From: Patescibacteria group bacterium
Lineage (GTDB): Bacteria; Patescibacteriota; Patescibacteriia; 2-01-FULL-39-33
Direction: 5' to 3'
Length of the DNA: 32,000 nt
Assembly: GCA_041649575.1 (NCBI GenBank)
Contig: JBAZMW010000002.1
Span: 30,001 to 62,000, forward strand
How positions within the stretch are numbered: position 1 is the stretch's first letter; the number at the start of each line of letters is the position of its first letter. This document shows positions 18,527 to 26,660 of this stretch, piece after piece. The notes beneath the pieces were generated by a model. That model was not told where the DNA came from. It made no database searches and saw only the letters and a list, made by a program, of their open reading frames with translations. Made by a program: the position numbers and the translations under genes.

Positions 18527-19285
18527 GTGATTGTGAAAAAAATAATCGTTACAACCAGTTGGGATGACGGCCATAATTTGGATTTAAAGACAGCTTCTTT
18601 GTTAAAAAAATATGACTTACGCGGCACTTTCTATATTCCCAAGCAGTTTAACTCTCGCTTAACAGAGGAAGAGATATTAGAAATTTCTAAAACGCAGGAG
18701 ATAGGCGCCCACACCAAGAGCCACGCTTCGCTTACCGAAATCGATTTGGTTTCAGCGAAACAAGAGATCGACGTCTCTAAAAAATGGTTGGAAAGCCTCC
18801 TAGGGCAACCAATAAAAATGTTTTGTTATCCCAGAGGATTGTATAATGATCAAATTAAAGAGGAAGTCAGAAGAGCTGGCTTTATTGGAGCCAGGAGCGT
18901 TCTTTATGGAGAAGAAATAAAAGATCCCTTTGAATTGCCGGTCAATTTACAGATTTATCCCTTTCCTTGTCGCAAAAGAAATGCCCGCACTCTGCATTGG
19001 TCAAAATTTTTATTTCAGCCGCTAACAAGGAAATTTTCAGTCATCAGAAAAAATCATTTACCCTGGAAATCTTTTTTAAGTTGGAGTAATTTTGCGGAGC
19101 AGTATTTTTTGTCGGTCTTAAGTCGGAGTGGTTTTCTGCACCTCTGGGGCCATTCCTGGGAAATTGAAAAATACGGCATGTGGGGCCAGTTGGAAAAATT
19201 TTTAAAAGTGATCTCTAGCCGTAAAGATACATTATATTTAACTAATTCCGAAGCGATTTGGTATGCGCATCATGGTTCTAACTGA
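18527..19285 (+). CDS. Polysaccharide deacetylase, CE4/NodB-type
   Basis: The GTG start lies immediately after the upstream TAA. Motif 1 is TTSWDDGH (TFDDG-like), motif 2 is AHTKSH (HxxxH) and motif 3 is FCYPRGLYN (RxPxG-like). The exact start is uncertain (GTG 18527 or GTG 18533). Confidence 0.72.
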   Translation: MIVKKIIVTTSWDDGHNLDLKTASLLKKYDLRGTFYIPKQFNSRLTEEEILEISKTQEIGAHTKSHASLTEIDLVSAKQEIDVSKKWLESLLGQPIKMFCYPRGLYNDQIKEEVRRAGFIGARSVLYGEEIKDPFELPVNLQIYPFPCRKRNARTLHWSKFLFQPLTRKFSVIRKNHLPWKSFLSWSNFAEQYFLSVLSRSGFLHLWGHSWEIEKYGMWGQLEKFLKVISSRKDTLYLTNSEAIWYAHHGSN

Positions 19286-20537
19286 TTGTTTTCCTCCTTT
19301 GTTGGGAGGGGGCGCGGCGATTATCGCCCAAAGACTGTCTCTGGCCATGCAAAAAGCAGGTCATGAAATTTTTGTTTTTTCTATTTGCCAGAAGGAAGAA
19401 GACGCTGGCGAGCGGGAAGTGGATGGATTAAGAGTGTTCTTCTTGCGTGATCAATATAACCCAAAGTGGCGTGGCTGGCTATCTTTATACAACCGTAAAG
19501 TCCTCTCGGTTTTGGAAAAGCATTTGGCCGATTTTAGACCGGATGTGGTCCAGGCTCACAATATTCATTCCTATATTTCTTACGCTTGCTTGAAACTGTC
19601 AAAAAAATATTGCAGAAAGGTTTTTTTGACGGCTCATGATGTGGATATTTTTCATCAGGACAAATTTTTTAGTTATATCGATAGAAATAACTTAACAATT
19701 CCCAGCAGCTTCAATTACAAATTAACAATTATAGAAAGGATTAAACAGATCAAGCAAACCAAAAACCCTTTTAGGAGTTTAATTATTAAATATTACTTGA
19801 AAAACGTAAATCGGATTATTCCAGTCAGCCAGGCCCTGGAGCAGGCTTTAAAGCAGAATGGTATTACTAAATTGAGGGTCATCCATAACGGCATTGAGCC
19901 TGGTGAGGCCGTAGTTAACGCTAGAAGTCTGATTAAAGAAAGATTTAATATTGATTTGGCAAAAAAAATAATTTTAATCGCCGGTCGGTTTGGCGGGTTA
20001 AAGGGCGGTGATTTGATTCTAAAGTATGTTCAGGAAATAAAAAAATCATTTAGTGATTTTGTTTTTGCCATCGCCAGCGATAAATATCAGTATAATGAAA
20101 ATATTTTTAAGCAGGCCAAGGCCATGAACTTATCGGAGCATCTGGTTTTTACCGGTTGGCTAAATTATAGCGAGTTGAGAATTCTATATTCCGGCTGTGA
20201 TGTCTGTTTTATTCCCTCGGTTTGCTTTGACTCATTTCCCAATGACAATTTGGAAGCCATGTCTTTTAAAAAGCCGGTCGTTGGCACTTGTTTCGGTGGC
20301 ACGCCGGAAGCAGTGGTTGACGGCGAAACTGGCTACGTCGTTAATCCTTTTAATATACTTAAAGTTGCAGAAAAAATTGTAGAGTTATTAAATAATTCAA
20401 CAAAAGCAGAAAAAATGGGGGAAGCTGGATTTAGAAGGGTAAAAGAGAAATTTAGTCTAAGTGAGCAGATAAACAAATATTTTACTGTTTTTTTTGAAGC
20501 TGCTATAAATAAAGAGTCAAATAAAAAGCCACAATGA
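19263..20537 (+). CDS. Glycosyltransferase family 4-like (GT-B)
   Basis: Matches are MRIMVLTDCFPPLLGGGAAI, GRFGGLKGGDLIL and DSFPNDNLEAMSFKKPVVGTCFGGTPEAVVDGETGYVVNP (EX7E-type region). The start overlaps the upstream gene by 23 nt. Confidence 0.85.
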   Translation: MRIMVLTDCFPPLLGGGAAIIAQRLSLAMQKAGHEIFVFSICQKEEDAGEREVDGLRVFFLRDQYNPKWRGWLSLYNRKVLSVLEKHLADFRPDVVQAHNIHSYISYACLKLSKKYCRKVFLTAHDVDIFHQDKFFSYIDRNNLTIPSSFNYKLTIIERIKQIKQTKNPFRSLIIKYYLKNVNRIIPVSQALEQALKQNGITKLRVIHNGIEPGEAVVNARSLIKERFNIDLAKKIILIAGRFGGLKGGDLILKYVQEIKKSFSDFVFAIASDKYQYNENIFKQAKAMNLSEHLVFTGWLNYSELRILYSGCDVCFIPSVCFDSFPNDNLEAMSFKKPVVGTCFGGTPEAVVDGETGYVVNPFNILKVAEKIVELLNNSTKAEKMGEAGFRRVKEKFSLSEQINKYFTVFFEAAINKESNKKPQ

Positions 20538-22258
20538 AAAATCAGCTAATTAAAAAAATTATTTTTCCTCTATTTTTAATTTTTATTTTTATTGTCGCTA
20601 TAGGTATTTGGTCTACCCCGATTCTATTTAAAGGCTATCCGGTTTCCCTAAGGAGCGTGGAAATTGTTTTAGCTAGAAATTTAGCCCAGAGCAGTGTTTA
20701 TGGCTCGGAGAATGATTTAAATGTGGTAGTGGCGCCGGAACTCGTTAAGACCGAAGCTCATTACAGCTCTCAAGGCAACAAATTCAGTCCGATTTTTTGG
20801 TCAATGATTTTTAAGGCTTTAGGCCATCAAGACTGGAATCATCTGATCATAATTTCTTTGATTATCAACGCTTTAAGTCTGATCTTTTTTACTCTCACCA
20901 TCCGTTTTTTATTTGGTATGAAAACGGCCATGTTTTTCCCTTTTATTTATATTTTACTGCCATCAATCTGGCAGACTGCGGCCGTATCTTTGGGCGTCTA
21001 TGAATTCAGCCTGTTATTTTTCTCTCTCTTCACCTTATTTTATTTTTGGGGCGGTAAGCAAAAATTCAGTTATTTTTATCTAGTTCTGTCTGGTATCTTT
21101 ATGATTTTTTCTTGTCTAGCCAAAGAAGTGATGTTTTTGTTTGTGCCGGTTTTTTTCTTTTGGCTTTTATTTTACAAAAAGAAAAAGGAATTATTGGCTG
21201 TCTTTATTCCTTTTTTTGTCTTACTAGCGATTTTTTGGCTGCCAACCATGTTGGGATTTAAGGGCCAGAATCATTACCGTAATTTCTTCGTCGTCAATTC
21301 TGCGCAAGAAGACAGTTATGCCGATTATCACTCTTTTGGTGAGTTTTGTCGCGATCCTTATACTTTTCATTTCGAACGCGAAGCAACCAAGATTAAGTTT
21401 GAACAAAAAATTAAACAGACGGAAAATGAAGGCGGCTGGCTTTATCTAGGAGCTTTGGCTAAAACCGGAGCTAATAATGCTATTAGAAATATTAGTTTTA
21501 GCGAGCGTCTATCGGAAGGGATGGTTTTATTATTAAAGCATTTACTTCGCTACCTTTCCCTAGAAGATATTGGAGGGCCTTTTATCTTTTTATTAATGAT
21601 AATCGGTTGGTGGCAATTAAAGAAAAAGGACGTTAAGCTTCATTATCTTCTTGGCGTCTGGCTAGTCGCTGTTCCATTTCTCCTAGCTTTTGTGGCCCTG
21701 GCTAGCCGTAATCATTTAGTTGACTTTGGTTTTGCCATTGCCGGCTTGGTCTCTTTGGGTCTGATTGGTATTTGGCAAACAACCAAAGACAGCTACTCTT
21801 CCGGCAAGTATGCTAAAATATTTTTTATTCTTGTAATTTTGCTGACTTTGTACGCCTTGTTTTTGGCTGGTCGTACTTTTTGGGGCAGGGCCTATGATAG
21901 TTCAAATACTTTAGAAATACAGTATCTAGCTAAAAAAACAAATGAAATACCAAATATTAGTCCTCGGGAGGTAATTGCTGGTGGCTGTGCTTGTTTTCAG
22001 CCAACTTTGAATTATTTGACTAATAAATCAGTGGTTTTTTTCCATCCCGATACTATCAGGGAACTAGTGGAAAAAAGAAAGTTACAGGCGGCTTTTGATA
22101 AATTTGGCGTTAAATATTTTATTGGTTATGATTCTCAAATTTCTAAACTGATAGCCGAAAACAGCAATGCGAAAAACATCGCCGCTTGGCCCGAAAAAAA
22201 AGAAGTTAATCTCCCTACCAGTTATAATAAGAGTTGGCTTCTTAATTTAATCAGATAA
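20534..22258 (+). CDS. Polytopic membrane protein with C-terminal soluble domain; third GT-C-like or polymerase/ligase-like candidate
   Basis: 574 aa, with an ATGA start overlap. Hydrophobic segments span most of aa 1-460, interrupted by a charged loop (aa ~245-320). The C-terminal roughly 110 aa are soluble. Only a weak first-loop acidic motif is present (SVEIVLARNL), so the function is inferred mainly from architecture and context. Confidence 0.45.
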   Translation: MKNQLIKKIIFPLFLIFIFIVAIGIWSTPILFKGYPVSLRSVEIVLARNLAQSSVYGSENDLNVVVAPELVKTEAHYSSQGNKFSPIFWSMIFKALGHQDWNHLIIISLIINALSLIFFTLTIRFLFGMKTAMFFPFIYILLPSIWQTAAVSLGVYEFSLLFFSLFTLFYFWGGKQKFSYFYLVLSGIFMIFSCLAKEVMFLFVPVFFFWLLFYKKKKELLAVFIPFFVLLAIFWLPTMLGFKGQNHYRNFFVVNSAQEDSYADYHSFGEFCRDPYTFHFEREATKIKFEQKIKQTENEGGWLYLGALAKTGANNAIRNISFSERLSEGMVLLLKHLLRYLSLEDIGGPFIFLLMIIGWWQLKKKDVKLHYLLGVWLVAVPFLLAFVALASRNHLVDFGFAIAGLVSLGLIGIWQTTKDSYSSGKYAKIFFILVILLTLYALFLAGRTFWGRAYDSSNTLEIQYLAKKTNEIPNISPREVIAGGCACFQPTLNYLTNKSVVFFHPDTIRELVEKRKLQAAFDKFGVKYFIGYDSQISKLIAENSNAKNIAAWPEKKEVNLPTSYNKSWLLNLIR

Positions 22259-22262
22259 AAAG

Positions 22263-23279
22263 ATGATTGATTTTAAAAATCTACCTCAAGTTGCCGGCAA
22301 TATCCTTAAAGCGAGGATTGGCCATCGCGTTCCTCTGAAAGTCACCCAGTATGTGACTTATCGTTGCAATTTAGCTTGTGGTTTTTGCGGGCGTCGTTAT
22401 TTGAAAACGTCAGAAATGGCCACCGAGCAGATTAAAAAATGCATGGATGAGTTTAAGAAAATGGGTACGATTTTTTGGTCTTTTAACGGCGGTGAGCCGC
22501 TGCTGCGTCCGGACATTGGGGAATTAATTAATTATTCCCAAAAATTAGGATTCAAGTGTTCCATTATGACTAATGGCACCTTAATTCCGGAAAAAATAGA
22601 GCAGTTGAAAGGCTTGGATTTAGTCGAAGTCAGTCTCGATGGTCCCGAGGAAATAAATGACGCCATTAGGGGTCAGGGCACCTTTAAAAAAGTTATCAAG
22701 GCGATAGAAATATTAAGGGCTAATAACATCTTGGTCTGTATTGATTCGGTTATCAACAGCACCAACCTCGATTATTTAGACGAGCTTTGGAAAATAAGCG
22801 AAAAATACGGTACTCAATTGGAGTTTCAGCCGGTTATTATCCATAGTGGTGATCAAGAAAAAAAAGCGGCTCAATATTTTCCGGCCAAGGAAAAATTTTT
22901 GGTGGCGATTAACTGGTTAATCGCTCAAAAGAGACAAGGCCGTAAAATTAACAACTCTTTTTCTTATTTAGAACAACTAAAAAGTTATCCAGATCTGCCC
23001 ATGTCTTTAGACTGCTGGGCGTCTTATCTTTTTTGTGTCATCACTCCCGATGGCTTTGTGGCGCCTTGCGCCGTTATGCTTGATGAACAGGAGAAATTCA
23101 AAAATGGCCTGGAAGTTAGTTTTGAAAAAGCTTTTTATAGTCTACCGGATCTTAAAAAATGTCGTCGTTGTTTTTTTAGTTGTTATGGGGAATATAACTG
23201 TGCGCTTAATTCATTAACTAAAACCGGATTAAAGTTTATCAAAAATAAAATATTGGGTAGCGGTTGGTTTTGGCAGTAA
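22263..23279 (+). CDS. Radical SAM enzyme with a full SPASM-type C-terminal domain (7 Cys)
   Basis: The cluster motif is YVTYRCNLACGFC (CxxxCxxC), with NGGEPLL as the SAM-binding GGE. The C-terminus is DCWASYLFCVITPDGFVAPC (CX12GX4C) followed by CRRCFFSCYGEYNC (CX2CX3CX5C). It is the last gene of the + array. Confidence 0.85.
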   Translation: MIDFKNLPQVAGNILKARIGHRVPLKVTQYVTYRCNLACGFCGRRYLKTSEMATEQIKKCMDEFKKMGTIFWSFNGGEPLLRPDIGELINYSQKLGFKCSIMTNGTLIPEKIEQLKGLDLVEVSLDGPEEINDAIRGQGTFKKVIKAIEILRANNILVCIDSVINSTNLDYLDELWKISEKYGTQLEFQPVIIHSGDQEKKAAQYFPAKEKFLVAINWLIAQKRQGRKINNSFSYLEQLKSYPDLPMSLDCWASYLFCVITPDGFVAPCAVMLDEQEKFKNGLEVSFEKAFYSLPDLKKCRRCFFSCYGEYNCALNSLTKTGLKFIKNKILGSGWFWQ

Positions 23280-23298
23280 TTTATTTTTTTTGCCAAAA
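23268..23298. repeat. 8-bp inverted repeat (TTTTGGCA / TGCCAAAA, 15-nt AT-rich loop) spanning the two convergent stop codons
   Basis: Read directly from the sequence: 23268..23275 is ttttggca and 23291..23298 is tgccaaaa. Each arm is inside the last codons of a SPASM rSAM gene, and both proteins end ...FWQ(KK). The function is unknown; it could be a weak bidirectional terminator. Confidence 0.5.
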
Positions 23299-24270
23299 AA
23301 AGAAGATGTCTGCGTACATATTCCAAACATCACACTTGGCGCAGATGGAAATCTGGTCATACTTACCTTGAAGATGAAGTTGCCTATATTTTTTTATCAA
23401 TTCTGAATTCCAAATTTTATTAACGGTTTGGTCACTGGCGTTTCCCAAGACGCCCACTCTGGCTAGGTCGTCGCAACAAATGGAGACATCGCCGTTAAAA
23501 TGGACAGCCGGGGAAAACCACAGATGATAACAAGGATATCTTTTGTGATTTTTTCTGACATGGCTTTTTGCCACGTTGCCGCCATAATTGTGTTGGTCTC
23601 GCAGTTCGATGATGACTTTTTCGTTTTGCCATTTGGAAATGAAGTTTTTTGCCTGCGATTGCGTGTCATCGTCAACAATCATCCGGACAAAAATTTTTGG
23701 TTTTGCCGCCCGCCCCTTAATTTTTATCAGCTCTTTGACGTTTTTTTCCACTTCATCTAGTTTGTCCACCCCGGTTTTTTCGCGGTAGGTTTGCGCTTCC
23801 GGGCTTAGGAAACTAATGGAAACCTTGTCAATCCCGATTCTAACAATCTGTTCTGCGATGGTCGGAGACAGTAGAGATCCGTTGGTGGTTAAGGAAATGC
23901 TGTTTCGCCGATTTTTTTCTTTGATGTATTTGGCCATCTCCATGAGCCGTGGGTTAATCAGCGGTTCACCAGACAAATGGAGAGAAAAATTTCTCGGGCC
24001 ATAATTGGCCGCCTCATTAACTATCTTTTTAAAAAAATCAAAATCCATACTACCGATCAGGGTTTTGCCGGTTATCCGGGCGCAGATGCGGCAATTGAAA
24101 TTACAAACAGAGGTCGATTCCAAAAAAATATGTTGAGGGAAATCATAATTGATCATCCTTTGGACAAAGACTTTTTTAAACCAGCTAAGAGGCGGGAAAT
24201 TACTCCAATCATCTAGTTTTTTGACGTTGATTTTAGAATTTAGATAGCTGAAAAAATCATTTTTAGTCAT
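23281..24270 (-). CDS. Radical SAM enzyme with an abbreviated SPASM/twitch-type C-terminal domain
   Basis: The cluster motif is ESTSVCNFNCRIC, with LSGEPLI as the GGE-like motif. The C-terminus is CYHLWFSPAVHFNGDVSICC (CX12GX4CC) followed by CAKCDVW (CX2C). It is the last gene of the - array, and its start overlaps the upstream gene as ATGA. Confidence 0.8.
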   Translation of the reverse strand: MTKNDFFSYLNSKINVKKLDDWSNFPPLSWFKKVFVQRMINYDFPQHIFLESTSVCNFNCRICARITGKTLIGSMDFDFFKKIVNEAANYGPRNFSLHLSGEPLINPRLMEMAKYIKEKNRRNSISLTTNGSLLSPTIAEQIVRIGIDKVSISFLSPEAQTYREKTGVDKLDEVEKNVKELIKIKGRAAKPKIFVRMIVDDDTQSQAKNFISKWQNEKVIIELRDQHNYGGNVAKSHVRKNHKRYPCYHLWFSPAVHFNGDVSICCDDLARVGVLGNASDQTVNKIWNSELIKKYRQLHLQGKYDQISICAKCDVWNMYADIFFFWQKK

Positions 24271-26660
24271 GGAGATGGGTTTATTTTTTTAAAAGGCACT
24301 GGTTTAAAGATGGTCATAATTGCTCCCCATAAGCTGGTTAGGATAAAATTAAGCAGAATAATTTCAGATAGTAGTACCAGTGATTCAGTGGATTTTACCA
24401 GCGGCCCCAAAAGAATAATAAGCGCGGCCTCTCTGGTGCCGATACCCAGAAAAGATATGGGCAGCAGGCTTAGAAAGGAAGCGATCGCGACAGAGGTTAT
24501 CAGTTCAGGAAAACTGACGACGGTTAAATTTATAGCCTGGCCGAAAAAGTAAATCTGTCCCGAATAAATTACCCAAGAAAGAGCCGTGATCAAAAATCCT
24601 ATAAAATACGTTTTGTAATTGTAGGTTTTTAGGCCGGTTTTAAAACTATTAATCTCGCTAGTCAGGCCAGCAGGCATCAGCCGATAAAATATTTTTTCAA
24701 TAAATTTTCTAAAAAATTTATTTTTTATGGCCAGCAGCGCCGCCAGAATCAGCAGGATGATTACAAGGTAGAGTAGAAAGAATTTTTCCAAATAACGACT
24801 GAAAAAGAAAATCAAACCAACTAAGCTAAATAGTAGTAAAAAAAATAAATCAAACAATCTATCCATAATAACGCTTACCAGAGACTCTCCTGATTTATAG
24901 CCTTTGGCTTTCAAATAATAAATTTTGATCAGTTCGGCGATCCGGCCGGGCGTAACGGAAGCAAAACCCAAGGCCGCGATATAGATTTTAAATGATTCCA
25001 TTATTTTGTAAACAATGCCTTGTTTTTTCTTAAGATAATTCCAACGCCAGGCCCTTACAAAAAGGTAAGGAACAGTTAAAAGCATGCCGAATAGCATAAG
25101 GGCATAGTTCATGGTTTTTAAAAGCTGGATCGTGGCCGTCCAGTTGATTTCCTTGGCAATAATAACAACCAGAACCAAACTAATTAGAAAATAATATTTT
25201 TTGGAAATAGTTTTCAACGGCCGATAAAAGGGAGAGTTTTTAATGATCAATTTCAAAAGCTTGATTCCCGCCCGTAAATTATTTTTTAAATTATTCCAAC
25301 TGCGCAATTCTAAAATTCTTCTTAAAATATAACGTGGCGCAAGGTAATATGAGCGGTAGGCGGCAATCACCATGGAAAACAGTTCCTTTCGGGAAAAAGT
25401 TTCGTCCCAAACCGGCGGCAGAAAATCTGGTTTAGGGTCGAGCGCGAATTTTTGCCAGAAATCTTCTTTAAAAACGCCTTCTTTTTTCCCCATTAGATAT
25501 AAATCAGTAGCCGCGGGAAACAAGGTTAGCACAGAAAAGTGGACATAGTCGGGAAAAAGTTTTTTGGCTAATTTGATCGTTGCTTTGATATCGGCTTCAG
25601 TTTCATGAGGCGAACCGATCATAAAATACCCGGCCGTTTCTATGCCCGCCTTTTTCGTCAGGGCAAAAGCCTTTTTGACCATGGGCATAGAGATATCTTT
25701 TCTTAATATTTTGAGGATTTTTTCCGTACCCGCTTCAACACCGTAGTGGATTCTGGTGCAGCTAGCCTTTTTCATTAATTTTAACAACTCTTCATCCACG
25801 GTGTTGACCCTAGCTCTCACATCCCAATTTATTTTTAATCCCTTTTGGATAATGAGGCGGCAGATATCTATCACTCGTTGGCGGTCAATGGTAAAAGTGT
25901 CGTCGTAAATGAAGATTTCTTTAATGCCTAATTTTTTTATCTCTTCCATTTCCGCGACCACATTGGGAGCGCTCCGAGCCCTGAAAGCCTTGCCCATGTG
26001 CGGCCGATCGCAGAACAGGCATTGGTAGGGGCAGCCACGCGAGGTGAACATAATGGTCGTGGGATTTTTCTGGGCTACTATGGAGTAATATTTTTTGTAA
26101 GGAGTGAGTTCTCTGGCTGGAAAGGGCAAAGAATCCAAATCTTGAATTAATTCCCTTTTTCCAGTATTGATAATCTTCCCACCTTCCTTAAAAATCAGTC
26201 CTTTGATGTTTTTTGTTTTTTCCGGATTATCAAGATTATCAAGTAATTCGGCTAAGGCTATCTCGCCTTCACCTACCACCAGATAGTCAACAAAATCGTT
26301 ATTAATGGTTTCTTCTGGATAAAGATAGGTATGAGGTCCGCCCAATATTATTTTTATCTGCGGGTTGGCTTTCCTCACGGCCTGGGCGATTAGGTAAACA
26401 TCGATTAAGGAAAAAGTCAAAACCGTGATGCCGATTGCATCAGGATCCTCGGCCACAATCCTGGAAACAATTTCCTCATTGCTGATGTCCTCCATCGGAC
26501 AATCCAGCACTTTTACCTGGTGAGGAGTATTTTTTTGTAGGTAGCCGGCCAAATATAAAAGACTTAGAGGCGGTAAAAAATCCATGCCCGATTCCAGTTC
26601 TTTGGGCATGTCGCTTTCAATTATTTTGGCGAGCGGCGGGTTAATTAAGAGTATTTTCAT
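24267..26660 (-). CDS. Fusion protein: class-B radical SAM (aa 1-~475, nt ~25235..26660) plus an 8-TM flippase-like domain of the UPF0104/LPG_synthase_TM (MprF N-terminal, HpnL-like) type (aa ~485-797, nt 24270..~25208)
   Basis: The N-terminal half has ILLINPP...LPPLSLLYLAGYLQKN...ILGGPHTYLYP...LVVGEGE, TSRGCPYQCLFC and YGVEAGTEKILKIL. The C-terminal half has about 8 hydrophobic helices plus family hallmarks: VRAWRWNYLKK, TPGRIAELIKIYYLK and LLPISFLGIGTREAALIILL. It is a single uninterrupted 797-codon ORF. Confidence 0.85.
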   Translation of the reverse strand: MKILLINPPLAKIIESDMPKELESGMDFLPPLSLLYLAGYLQKNTPHQVKVLDCPMEDISNEEIVSRIVAEDPDAIGITVLTFSLIDVYLIAQAVRKANPQIKIILGGPHTYLYPEETINNDFVDYLVVGEGEIALAELLDNLDNPEKTKNIKGLIFKEGGKIINTGKRELIQDLDSLPFPARELTPYKKYYSIVAQKNPTTIMFTSRGCPYQCLFCDRPHMGKAFRARSAPNVVAEMEEIKKLGIKEIFIYDDTFTIDRQRVIDICRLIIQKGLKINWDVRARVNTVDEELLKLMKKASCTRIHYGVEAGTEKILKILRKDISMPMVKKAFALTKKAGIETAGYFMIGSPHETEADIKATIKLAKKLFPDYVHFSVLTLFPAATDLYLMGKKEGVFKEDFWQKFALDPKPDFLPPVWDETFSRKELFSMVIAAYRSYYLAPRYILRRILELRSWNNLKNNLRAGIKLLKLIIKNSPFYRPLKTISKKYYFLISLVLVVIIAKEINWTATIQLLKTMNYALMLFGMLLTVPYLFVRAWRWNYLKKKQGIVYKIMESFKIYIAALGFASVTPGRIAELIKIYYLKAKGYKSGESLVSVIMDRLFDLFFLLLFSLVGLIFFFSRYLEKFFLLYLVIILLILAALLAIKNKFFRKFIEKIFYRLMPAGLTSEINSFKTGLKTYNYKTYFIGFLITALSWVIYSGQIYFFGQAINLTVVSFPELITSVAIASFLSLLPISFLGIGTREAALIILLGPLVKSTESLVLLSEIILLNFILTSLWGAIMTIFKPVPFKKINPSP

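Noticed and set aside
23284-23291. Homopolymer tracts (for example T8 at 23284..23291, A8 near 13847..13854, and several T7-T9 runs in membrane-protein genes) as phase-variation switches.
   Set aside because: Such A/T runs are frequent throughout this AT-rich sequence and mostly encode Phe/Lys runs. None sits at a 5' gene end in a way that suggests on/off switching, and there is no population data.
23268-23298. A canonical Rho-independent terminator at the convergence point.
   Set aside because: The stem is only 8 bp with 3 G:C pairs, the loop is 15 nt, and no U-tract follows the stem on either transcript. It is recorded as an inverted repeat only.
22263-24270. A RiPP (peptide natural product) cluster, suggested by two SPASM-type radical SAM genes.
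   Set aside because: There is no intergenic space or short ORF that could encode a precursor peptide. There is also no leader-peptidase/ABC exporter pair or RRE-like domain that I can see. The surrounding genes are all glycan or lipid-carrier enzymes.
10980-26660. A recent segmental duplication or inverted DNA repeat between the paralog pairs (10980..12395 vs 25250..26660; 8664..9536 vs 28945..29835).
   Set aside because: Similarity is at the protein level. The nucleotide sequences of even the most conserved blocks differ at many synonymous positions, so these are old paralogs and not recombinogenic repeats.
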